Positions 10,309 through 18,345 of a stretch of DNA of 64,000 nucleotides are shown piece after piece. The stretch is from assembly GCA_963800245.1 (NCBI GenBank), contig CAWDAE010000009.1, forward strand, positions 57,227 to 121,226. The letters run 5' to 3'. This stretch comes from an uncultured Actinomycetota bacterium. Its GTDB lineage: Bacteria; Actinomycetota; Actinomycetes; Propionibacteriales; Nocardioidaceae. Both the position numbers and the translations under genes were made by a program. Each line of letters starts with the position of its first letter. Positions within the stretch are counted from its first letter, which is position 1. The notes below the pieces were generated by a model. The model was not told where the DNA came from, searched no databases, and saw only the letters and a program-made list of their open reading frames with translations.

Positions 10309-10835
10309 GCCAGCTCCTTCCGCAGGACCTGCCGTGCGCGCATCATGCGCGTCTTGACGGTGCCGTGGCGCAGGCCGAGGAGCTGCGCCGCCTCCTTGGT
10401 GGTCAGCCCGTCCAGGACGGTGGCCTGAACGACCGACCGCAGCTCGGGCGAGAGGCGGTCGAGGGCACCAGCCAGGTCGCCGTGCTCCACCCCGACCAGC
10501 ACCCGGTCCTCGGCCGACTCGACGACGCCCAGGTCGCTCTCCACGACCTCGTAGGCCGCGGGGGGCCGCTTGCGCAGCACGTCGACCAGGCGGCGCACCG
10601 CGATGCCCCAGATCCAGGCGCCGGGGTCGCCGTCGCCCTGGTAGCGGCCGGCGCTGCGCCACACCGCGACGAAGGTGTCCTGCAGCGCCTCGTCGACGGA
10701 GCCGGGGTCGGCGCAGCGGCGCGTGAGCCGGGCGGTGAGCCACGGCGCGTGCCGGCGGTAGAGCTCCTCGAGCGCGGCCGTGCTCCCGGCGGCCACGTCG
10801 GCCACCAGCTCACGGTCGCTGCGGTCGGGTTGCAC
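10305..10835 (-). CDS. ECF-type RNA polymerase sigma-70 family factor
   Basis: 176 aa. Region-2-like DTFVAVWRSAGRY and region-4 HTH LTTKEAAQLLGLRHGTVKTRMMRAR. Confidence 0.9.
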   Translation of the reverse strand: MQPDRSDRELVADVAAGSTAALEELYRRHAPWLTARLTRRCADPGSVDEALQDTFVAVWRSAGRYQGDGDPGAWIWGIAVRRLVDVLRKRPPAAYEVVESDLGVVESAEDRVLVGVEHGDLAGALDRLSPELRSVVQATVLDGLTTKEAAQLLGLRHGTVKTRMMRARQVLRKELA

Positions 10836-10850
10836 GAGGGTCAGCCTGGC

Positions 10851-11390
10851 TCAGAAGTCGACGCTCACGCAGCCCAGACGCGCACCCGCGGTCCCGGCGG
10901 TGCCCGGCATGGTCGAGGTGTGCTGCGCGTGCAGCACCACCGAGCGGGGACGCCAGTCCGGCGCGAACTGCCAGTCCTGCTTGCTGGTCGCGACTCCGTT
11001 GCCGTCCTCGTCGGTGGTGAGGTCGAGCCAGATCTCGTTGTGCGGGTTGGCGTACGTCGGGTCGACCGACGGGGTGATCGGGTCCGGGACGTGCTGCCAG
11101 TGCGGACCGGCCGCCGCCCCGGTGACACCGCACGGGTTGACGTGCGCGTGGGCGCCGTACTCCGTGCGCGGCCTCAGCCCCTTGACGTGCAGCTTGACCA
11201 CCGTGCGGCCCGCGGCGTCGTAGACCGCGGTGACGCGTGCGGTCGCGCCGGCCGGCACGTCGGCGGAGTACGCCGTCCAGGGGCCGGCCGCGCGGGCGTG
11301 GTCGGCGCCGGCCAGTGCGGGGGAGGCGGCGAAGACGGCGGCGCCGGTGAGGCCGACGGCGAGGGCGAGGTGACGGGTCGTGCGGGCCAT
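10851..11390 (-). CDS. secreted Cu/Zn superoxide dismutase-like protein
   Basis: ATG 11390 follows AGGAGG. Signal-peptide-like MARTTRHLALAVGLTGAAVFAASPALA. Metal-site-like GAHAHVNPCG and C-terminal ARLGCVSVDF. Confidence 0.65.
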   Translation of the reverse strand: MARTTRHLALAVGLTGAAVFAASPALAGADHARAAGPWTAYSADVPAGATARVTAVYDAAGRTVVKLHVKGLRPRTEYGAHAHVNPCGVTGAAAGPHWQHVPDPITPSVDPTYANPHNEIWLDLTTDEDGNGVATSKQDWQFAPDWRPRSVVLHAQHTSTMPGTAGTAGARLGCVSVDF

Positions 11391-11518
11391 GGGGTCCTCC
11401 TGGTGTCCGGGCTCGTTCACCAGGCCTGTCGTGCGGGAGCCCCGGATCGGTTCACGCGTCCCGAGGACGCCTGCGGCAACTGGCGCAGGTCGGCACGCCC
11501 GCGTCCCGACCGCCGGCC

Positions 11519-12010
11519 TCAGCCGGTGGCGGCCCGCGGCGGACGCCGGTGCAGCAGCCACCCGCCGACGATCAGCAGCACACCGAGCGCGAGGAAGCCG
11601 AGGTCCCAGGAGAGCGGACCGCCGAGGTCGTCCCGCACGTGGTGGACGCCGAGGACCTGGTGGTCGACCACGCCCTCGACCACGTCGAAGACACCCCAGC
11701 CGGCCAGCACGAGGCCGACGTGGAAGGACCAGCTCGGGGCCAGGCGCCCCTGCTGCCAGGCCGTCACGCCGAGCGTCGAGCCGACGACGGTCAGCAGCCA
11801 GGCCAGCACGTGGAAGAAGCCGTCGGCGAGCGTGTTGACCTCCAGCCCTGCCACGGTGTCGACGGGGTAGTCGGGGACGTCGCTCACCATGTGGTGCCAC
11901 TGCAGCACCTGGTGCAGCAGGATCCCGTCGACGAACGCGCCCAGCCCCAGGCCGAGCAGCAGTCCCGGCGCCCGGGCCGGCTGGGCGTGGTCGCGGGTGT
12001 CGGCGCTCAT
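11519..12010 (-). CDS. DUF2243 family membrane protein
   Basis: FVDGILLHQVLQWHHMVS motif and hydrophobic helices. ATG at 12010. Confidence 0.7.
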   Translation of the reverse strand: MSADTRDHAQPARAPGLLLGLGLGAFVDGILLHQVLQWHHMVSDVPDYPVDTVAGLEVNTLADGFFHVLAWLLTVVGSTLGVTAWQQGRLAPSWSFHVGLVLAGWGVFDVVEGVVDHQVLGVHHVRDDLGGPLSWDLGFLALGVLLIVGGWLLHRRPPRAATG

Positions 12011-12048
12011 GCGCAGTCCGTGCCCAGGTGCGGCCGCCTCATGCCACC

Positions 12049-12969
12049 TCAGAGCTGCGACATGACCTCGCTCGCCACGAGCTCGAGGTGGTCGAGGTCC
12101 TTCAGGTCGAGCACCTGGAGGTAGGCGCGGGTCGACCCGGCCTCGGCGAAGGCCCCCAGCTGGTCGACGACCTGGTCGGGGGTGCCGAACACTCCAGCGT
12201 TCGCCAGGTCCTCGCGGCTCCGGCCGATGTTGTCCAGCCGTCGCTCGGCCTCGGCGTCGTCCTTGCCGCAGCACAGGATCAGCGCGTTGGAGAACCGCAC
12301 GGGTTCGCGGCTCGCGTCCGCGCACGCCTTCCGCACCCGCTCGAACTGCTCGGCCGAGAACGCCGCGGTCTCGAAGGGGACGTTGAACTCGTCGGCGTAC
12401 TGCGCGGTCAGCGCCGGTGTGCGCTTCCTGCCCTTGCCGCCGATGATCACCGGCGGCCCCGGGCGCTGCACGGGCTTGGGCAGTCCGGGGGAGTCGGCGA
12501 CGGCGTAGTGGTCGCCCTCGAACGTGAAGCCGCCGTCGGTGCCCCACAGTCCGGTGATGATCGCGAGCTGTTCCTCGAACCGGTCGAAGCGCTCACGGGT
12601 GCCGGGGAACGGGATGCCGTACTTCGTGTGCTCGGCCTCGAACCAGCCCGCCCCGATGCCGAGCTCGACCCGGCCCCCCGACATCTGGTCGACGTCGGCG
12701 ACGCTGATCGCGAGCGGTCCGGGCAGGCGGAACGTCGCCGAGGTCATCAGCGTGCCGAGCCGGATGCGGCTGGTCTCCCGGGCGAGACCGGCGAGCGTGA
12801 CCCACGCGTCCGACGGTCCGGGCAGGCCGTCGGTGCCCATCGCCAGGTAGTGGTCGGAGCGGAAGAACGCGTCGAACCCGAGGTCCTCGGTGGCCTTCGC
12901 GACCCGCAGCAGGTCGTCGTACGTCGCCCCCTGCTGGGGCTCGGTGAAGATGCGCAGCGTCATGTCCAT
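12049..12969 (-). CDS. LLM-class (luciferase-like) F420-dependent oxidoreductase
   Basis: MTLRIFTEPQQGATYDDLLRVAKATEDLGFDAFFRSDHY and a C-terminal AGSTRAYLQVLD pattern. The start is ambiguous (12987, 12969 or 12963). Confidence 0.85.
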   Translation of the reverse strand: MDMTLRIFTEPQQGATYDDLLRVAKATEDLGFDAFFRSDHYLAMGTDGLPGPSDAWVTLAGLARETSRIRLGTLMTSATFRLPGPLAISVADVDQMSGGRVELGIGAGWFEAEHTKYGIPFPGTRERFDRFEEQLAIITGLWGTDGGFTFEGDHYAVADSPGLPKPVQRPGPPVIIGGKGRKRTPALTAQYADEFNVPFETAAFSAEQFERVRKACADASREPVRFSNALILCCGKDDAEAERRLDNIGRSREDLANAGVFGTPDQVVDQLGAFAEAGSTRAYLQVLDLKDLDHLELVASEVMSQL

Positions 12970-13076
12970 GCCGCCAGGCCTACCCACTCCCGGTCCGGGC
13001 CATGGCCGGTGCGCTCGGACGGGGCGCCGGCGACCCGGGGGACCGCGAGTCCGGCGGCACCGAGCCCGCCGTCCGA

Positions 13077-14129
13077 ATGGCAGACTGTCGTCCCATGGGG
13101 ACCCCGAGGCCGTTGCTCGACGGGATCAGGCCGCCCGGCAACTCGTTCGTGCTGCCCGACCACAAGATGGTCTACATCTCGGTCACCAAGTCGGCCTGCA
13201 CGAGCATCCGCTGGATGGTCGCGGACCTCAACGGCGAGGACCGCGAGGACTTCCACTCGATCATCGGCCCGCAGCAGTCGAGGCTGATGACCGTCCACGG
13301 CGTCCGCCCCCGGTGGAAGAAGACGCCGCAGCTGTCGAAGCTGCCCGAGGCGGAGCTCGCCGAGATCTCCCCGGACGCCGGCTGGCTGGTGTTCGCGGTC
13401 GTGCGCGACCCGTGGAGCCGGCTCTGGTCGGCCTGGCAGTCCAAGTTCCTGGTCCGCCACGGCTACTACGACCGGCGGTTCAGCCAGGAGGACTGGTTCC
13501 CGCGGATCCCGCAGCAGTCCTCCGACGTGGTCGAGGACTTCCGGCGGTTCGTCGAGGTGCACCCGTGGACCTGGCACGAGGACCTGGTCAAGGACCGGCA
13601 CTTCCAGCCCCAGGTGGTCTCGGTCCAGCCCCAGGGCATCAACTACTCCAAGATCTACGACCTGGCGCGATTCTCCGAGCTGACCGACGACATCAGCGCG
13701 CACCTCGAGGCGATCGGCCGGCCCTCCGAGCTCTACCTGCCGCGCGCGAACGAGACCCCGCTCGCGCTCACCCGGGAGGTCCTCGGCGGCGGCGTCGCGG
13801 ACCAGGTCCGGGAGCTCTACCGCGACGACTTCGCCGAGTGGGGCGACCGCTGGGACCTCGAGGCGCTGCGCTACGCCCCCGACGGCTGGACCCCCGACGC
13901 GCTGGCGTCGGTCGGGGCTCAGGCCGCGGCGAACGAGCGGATCCGGGACCTCGCCGAGGTCGCGCGGCACTACAAGACGCAAGCCGCCAAGGCCGAGAAG
14001 AAGCTGGCCCGGACGCGCGAGCGGCTCCGTGCGGCGAAGAAGCGGGAGAGCGGAGGCGCGGCGCGGCCCCCGCGCACCCTCGCCGGGCGCGCCAGGCGGG
14101 CGCTGCGCCGCGGACCAGCCTCCGGCTGA
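13077..14129 (+). CDS. sulfotransferase family protein with Lys/Arg/Ala-rich C-terminal tail
   Basis: PAPS-binding-like motifs KMVYISVTKSACTSI (5'-PSB-like) and VVRDPWSRLWSAW (3'-PB-like). The start is uncertain (13077 or 13095). Confidence 0.6.
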   Translation: MADCRPMGTPRPLLDGIRPPGNSFVLPDHKMVYISVTKSACTSIRWMVADLNGEDREDFHSIIGPQQSRLMTVHGVRPRWKKTPQLSKLPEAELAEISPDAGWLVFAVVRDPWSRLWSAWQSKFLVRHGYYDRRFSQEDWFPRIPQQSSDVVEDFRRFVEVHPWTWHEDLVKDRHFQPQVVSVQPQGINYSKIYDLARFSELTDDISAHLEAIGRPSELYLPRANETPLALTREVLGGGVADQVRELYRDDFAEWGDRWDLEALRYAPDGWTPDALASVGAQAAANERIRDLAEVARHYKTQAAKAEKKLARTRERLRAAKKRESGGAARPPRTLAGRARRALRRGPASG

Positions 14130-14145
14130 GCCCGTCGGCCAGGGG

Positions 14146-14886
14146 TCACACCGAGGCCAGCGCGACGACCACCACGAGGACGTTGAACGCCAGCTCGGCG
14201 AGGCCCACCTGCTTCGGCGAGGGCGCGAGGCGCGGAGCGGCTGCGGCCCGGGCGGTCAGCGCGAGCCCGACCAGCACGAGCGGCCAGCCCAGCGGGACCG
14301 CGGCGAGGGTGAGCGCGGCGTGGAGGCCGACGCTCGCGCGGGCGTACGCCGGGTTGCGGCGCTCGCGGATCAGGGACTTCACGTAGACGAGGACCCCGAG
14401 GTAGTAGCCGGCCACGACGGCGGTGAGCAGCCACGCGCGCGCCCAGTCCCCGCCGGGCCCGGCGTCGTAGGCCACGACCGTCATGAGGGACGCCGCCAGC
14501 GTCGTCGCGGCGCCGCTGAGCAGCGACCGGTCCCGTCGCCGCGCGGCCTCGACCAGCCCGACGAGGAGGAACGGCGCGAACGCCGGCGCCCACCGGACCA
14601 GTCCGGGCGCGAGCACGAGCACGACCGCGGCGAGCGGGACGCACGCGGCGGCGTACACCAGGACCGGCGGGCGGAACCGCTCCTTGCGGCCGGACTTGAG
14701 CCACAGCCCGGTGGCGAAGAACGCGAAGTAGCCGGTGAACCACAGCGCGGCCAGCGGCAGCTGCACCCACGCGGCCCCGCCGGCCAGCACCCCGACGAGC
14801 AGCGGGCCGGCCAGCATCGCCCAGGCGCCGTGCTGGTTGGGCACCCAGGTCGCTCCCCGACGCGGCCGGGTGGCGGTGGCGGTCAC
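14146..14886 (-). CDS. YwiC-like family membrane protein
   Basis: GTG 14886 forms a GTGA overlap with the upstream stop. WVPNQHGAWAMLAGPLLVG is followed by multiple TM helices. Confidence 0.65.
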   Translation of the reverse strand: MTATATRPRRGATWVPNQHGAWAMLAGPLLVGVLAGGAAWVQLPLAALWFTGYFAFFATGLWLKSGRKERFRPPVLVYAAACVPLAAVVLVLAPGLVRWAPAFAPFLLVGLVEAARRRDRSLLSGAATTLAASLMTVVAYDAGPGGDWARAWLLTAVVAGYYLGVLVYVKSLIRERRNPAYARASVGLHAALTLAAVPLGWPLVLVGLALTARAAAAPRLAPSPKQVGLAELAFNVLVVVVALASV

Positions 14887-15626
14887 GAGACCAGGTCGAG
14901 GCCGGCCGCCTCGACCAGCGACGGGCCGTACCAGGTGATCAGCCGCCCGCTGACCAGCCGGGTCTCGACGCCGGGGAAGGCCTCCGGGCCGTCCTCGGCG
15001 CTGAAGACGTAGGGCTCGTCCGGCAGCAGCACGACGTCGGGGTCGGCGGCAAGGATCTCCTCGACGGTCACCGCGGGGTAGCGGCCCTCCCAGTCGTCGA
15101 AGACGTTGGCCACCCCGAGCCGCCGCAGCAGGTCGCGGGTGAAGGTGTCGCGACCGACGACCATCCACGGGTCGCGCCAGATCGGCACGGCCGCGCGGAC
15201 CCGCACACCACCGTCGGGGCGGTCCCACGCCGCACGGGCCTCGGTGAGCCACTCGGGCACGCCCCAGCCGAGCGCCTCGGCGAAGAGCCGGTCCATCGAG
15301 TCCAGCGCCTGCGGGACGGTCTCCACGACCGTCACCCACACCTCGACGCCGGACTCGCGCAGGCGGCGTACGTCCAGCTCGCGGTTCTCCTCGCGGTTGG
15401 CCACGACCACGTCGGGCCGGAGCCGGCGGACCGCCTCGAGGTCGGGGTTCTTGGTGCCCCGCACCCGCGCGACGTCGAGGTCGGCGGGGTGGGTGCACCA
15501 GTCGGTCGCGCCGACCAGCGCCTCCGGCCGGGTCGCCGCGAGCGCCTCGGTCAGGCTGGGCACGAGGCTCACGACCCGCCGGGCCTCGCCGGCGAGCTCG
15601 AGCGGAGTGCCGAGGTCGTCCTTCAC
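14883..15626 (-). CDS. BtuF/cobalamin-binding-like periplasmic-binding-fold protein (helical backbone metal receptor type)
   Basis: 247 aa. RVVSLVPSLTEAL, PDVVVANREEN, DPDVVLLPDEPY. No obvious signal peptide. Confidence 0.65.
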   Translation of the reverse strand: MKDDLGTPLELAGEARRVVSLVPSLTEALAATRPEALVGATDWCTHPADLDVARVRGTKNPDLEAVRRLRPDVVVANREENRELDVRRLRESGVEVWVTVVETVPQALDSMDRLFAEALGWGVPEWLTEARAAWDRPDGGVRVRAAVPIWRDPWMVVGRDTFTRDLLRRLGVANVFDDWEGRYPAVTVEEILAADPDVVLLPDEPYVFSAEDGPEAFPGVETRLVSGRLITWYGPSLVEAAGLDLVS

Positions 15627-15682
15627 GTCTCCAGGCTAGGAGACCCTCGACGGTGCCGTCACCGGGGCCGACAGTAGGGGGC

Positions 15683-16690
15683 ATGGAGCAACACCTGTCA
15701 CCGGGGACGTACGTCGAGGAGGCCGCCGCGTCGCCGCCGAGGATCGAGCCCGTCGACCCGAGCGTGAGCGCGATCGTGGGACCTGCCGCGGACGGGCCGC
15801 TGGACGAGGTGGTGGCCGTCTCGTCGGCTGCGCAGGCCGCGGACCGGTTCGGTGCGGGGTCGTGGCTGGCCGTCGCCGTGGCCGACCACCTGGCGGCGGG
15901 CGGGCGCTCGGTCCTGGCGGTCCGCGCCTCGACGACCGAGGCCGGGCTGGGCGCTCTCGAGGGGCTCGGGGTGCGCCTCCTCGTGGTCGACTCCGACCTG
16001 GCCGCGGCGTACGCCTGGTGCGTCGAGCACCGGGCGTTCCTGGTCGCCGACGCCGACCCCGGTGGGGAACTGCCGGAGGGGCTCGGACGCGACGCGGCCG
16101 CCTACCACCCGCCCCTGCTGGGTCCTGACGGGTCGGTGCGGCCCTGCGCTCCGGCCGTCTCCGGGGTGATCGTGCACAGCGACCACGACCGCGGGGTCTG
16201 GCGTCCGCCCGCCGGGACCGCAGCCGTGCTGCCGTTCCCGCTGGCCGCCACGGGCGTCGACCCCGACCACATGGCCGAGCGCGGGGTGAACGCTCTTCGG
16301 GTGCTGGGTGACCGCACCGTCGTGTGGGGCGCCCGCACCGCCGCATGGCAGGACCCGGAGTGGAAGTACGTCAACGTGCGTCGCGCGGTGGTGGTCCTCG
16401 AGGAGGCCTTGGCCCGGGGACTGGGCTGGGTCGCCTTCGAACCCAACGACGAGCCGCTGTGGACCCAGGTCCGCGCGAGTGTCGAGCAGTTCCTGGTGCC
16501 CTGGTGGCGACACGGCGCCCTGGTCGGCGCCAAGACGAGTGAGGCGTACTTCGTGCGGTGCGACCGGTCCACGACCACGGAGGCCGACCTGGCCGCGGGG
16601 CGGCTGGTGCTCCTGGTCGGGCTGGCCCTGCTGCGTCCGGCCGAGTTCGTCGTCCTGCGCCTCGACCTGCGGACCGCGACCGGTCCGTGA
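15683..16690 (+). CDS. phage tail sheath family protein (solitary)
   Basis: N-terminal LSPGTYVEE, central HSDHDRGVWRPPAGTAAVL, and C-terminal GVNALRVLGDRTVVWGARTAAW..WKYVNVRRAVVVLEEAL..FEPNDEPLWTQV..RPAEFVVLRL. These match the conserved sheath N- and C-terminal domain patterns. An alternative start lies at 15653. Confidence 0.8.
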   Translation: MEQHLSPGTYVEEAAASPPRIEPVDPSVSAIVGPAADGPLDEVVAVSSAAQAADRFGAGSWLAVAVADHLAAGGRSVLAVRASTTEAGLGALEGLGVRLLVVDSDLAAAYAWCVEHRAFLVADADPGGELPEGLGRDAAAYHPPLLGPDGSVRPCAPAVSGVIVHSDHDRGVWRPPAGTAAVLPFPLAATGVDPDHMAERGVNALRVLGDRTVVWGARTAAWQDPEWKYVNVRRAVVVLEEALARGLGWVAFEPNDEPLWTQVRASVEQFLVPWWRHGALVGAKTSEAYFVRCDRSTTTEADLAAGRLVLLVGLALLRPAEFVVLRLDLRTATGP

Positions 16691-16771
16691 CCGGATCTTC
16701 ACCCTCGGCCGGGAACAAAATCGTCGGCGGTCCCTGCTGGACTCCTAGACGCACTGACACGTAGGAGACCC

Positions 16772-18268
16772 ATGTCCGAGTCCACCCTCTCCCAGCCCCC
16801 GGCGGGAGGCCCGCCCGACCTGCCCGACGAGATCGACGCCCAGGTGCTCAAGGTCGCCGGCGTCGTCGTCCTCGGCGCGATCATGTCGATCCTCGACATC
16901 ACCGTCGTCAACGTCGCGCTGCCGACCTTCCAGACGGTGTTCTCCGACACCGGGGAGCCGCTCCCTTACTCCCACGTGGCGTGGACGGTCACCGGCTACA
17001 CCCTCGCGCTCGCCACGGTGATCCCGCTGTCCGGCTGGGCGGCCGACCGCTTCGGCACCAAGCGCCTCTACATGTCCGCGATCGCGCTGTTCGCGCTCGG
17101 GTCGGCGCTGTGCGCGCTCGCCTGGGACATCAACGTCCTGATCGCCTTCCGCGTCCTGCAGGGCCTCGGCGGCGGCATGCTGATGCCGGTCGGCATGACG
17201 ATCATGACCCGGGCGGCAGGCCCGCACCGGATGGGCCGCCTGATGGCGATCCTCGGCGTGCCGATGCTGCTCGGGCCCATCCTCGGCCCGATCATCGGCG
17301 GCTGGCTGATCGACGCCGCCAGCTGGCACTGGATCTTCCTGATCAACGTCCCGCTCGGCATCGCCGCGATCGCCTACGCCTGGTGGGCGCTGCCCTCCGA
17401 CAGTCCCGAGCCGTCGGAGTCCTTCGACTTCCTCGGCATGCTGCTGATGTCGCCGGGCCTGGCGCTGTTCCTCTTCGGCGTCTCCTCGATCCCCGAGAAG
17501 GGCACGGTCGCCGACCCGCGGGTGTGGGCCTCGATGCTCGCCGGCGTGGTGCTGATCCTGGCGTTCGTGTGGCACTCGTTCCGGCCCGCGCACCCGCTGC
17601 TCGACCTGCGCCTGTTCGCCGACCGCAACCTCACGGTCTCGGTGATCACGATGTTCATGTTCGCCGGCGCCTTCTTCGGCGGCCTGCTGCTGGTGCCGAC
17701 GTACTTCCAGCAGATCCGCGGCGAGGACGCCCTGCAGGCCGGCCTGCTCGTCGCCCCCCAGGGCATCGGCGCGATGCTCACGATGCCGATCGCGGGCGCC
17801 CTGTCCGACCGGGTGCCGATCGGGCGGATCACGCCGGTGGCGCTGCTGGTGATCCTGCTCGGCATGTTCGGGCTGACCCAGGTCACCGCCGACACGTCCT
17901 ACGTGTTCCTCATGGGGACGCTGTTCGTGATGGGCCTCGGCATGGGCGGCACGATGATGCCGCTGTTCACCGCGGCCCTGCGCACCCTCAGGGCGCACCA
18001 GGTCGCCCGCGGGTCGACGCTGCTCAACATCACCCAGCAGATCGCCAGCTCGGTGGGCGTCGCGGTCCTCTCGGTGGTGCTGACCAACCAGCTCAAGGGG
18101 GTCCAGACCCCGGCCGGTGGCGCGGACGCGTTCGCGACGTCGTTCTGGGTGGCCTTCGTGCTCGTGGCGCTGACGCTGATCCCGGCGTTCTTCCTGCCCC
18201 GCAGGAAGTCCGACCCCGGTGCCACGCCGGAGACCGCGGCGGCGGACGTCACGGTCGCCATGCACTGA
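16772..18268 (+). CDS. MFS transporter, DHA2 (EmrB/QacA-like) family
   Basis: 498 aa with a 14-TM-type layout. Motifs: LDITVVNVALPT, GWAADRFGTKRLY, LQGLGGGMLMP. Confidence 0.9.
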   Translation: MSESTLSQPPAGGPPDLPDEIDAQVLKVAGVVVLGAIMSILDITVVNVALPTFQTVFSDTGEPLPYSHVAWTVTGYTLALATVIPLSGWAADRFGTKRLYMSAIALFALGSALCALAWDINVLIAFRVLQGLGGGMLMPVGMTIMTRAAGPHRMGRLMAILGVPMLLGPILGPIIGGWLIDAASWHWIFLINVPLGIAAIAYAWWALPSDSPEPSESFDFLGMLLMSPGLALFLFGVSSIPEKGTVADPRVWASMLAGVVLILAFVWHSFRPAHPLLDLRLFADRNLTVSVITMFMFAGAFFGGLLLVPTYFQQIRGEDALQAGLLVAPQGIGAMLTMPIAGALSDRVPIGRITPVALLVILLGMFGLTQVTADTSYVFLMGTLFVMGLGMGGTMMPLFTAALRTLRAHQVARGSTLLNITQQIASSVGVAVLSVVLTNQLKGVQTPAGGADAFATSFWVAFVLVALTLIPAFFLPRRKSDPGATPETAAADVTVAMH

Positions 18269-18285
18269 CGCTCCGCATCTCCCGT

Positions 18286-18331
18286 CTCGTCCGGTTGCGA
18301 ACGCGCCACAGCGCGTCCGCAACCGGACGAG
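18286..18331. terminator. long GC hairpin between convergent genes (bidirectional terminator candidate)
   Basis: The arm CTCGTCCGGTTGCG (18286-18299) pairs with CGCAACCGGACGAG (18318-18331). There is an inner ACGCGC/GCGCGT stem. Confidence 0.6.
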
Positions 18332-18345
18332 GCATGTCCGGGGGC

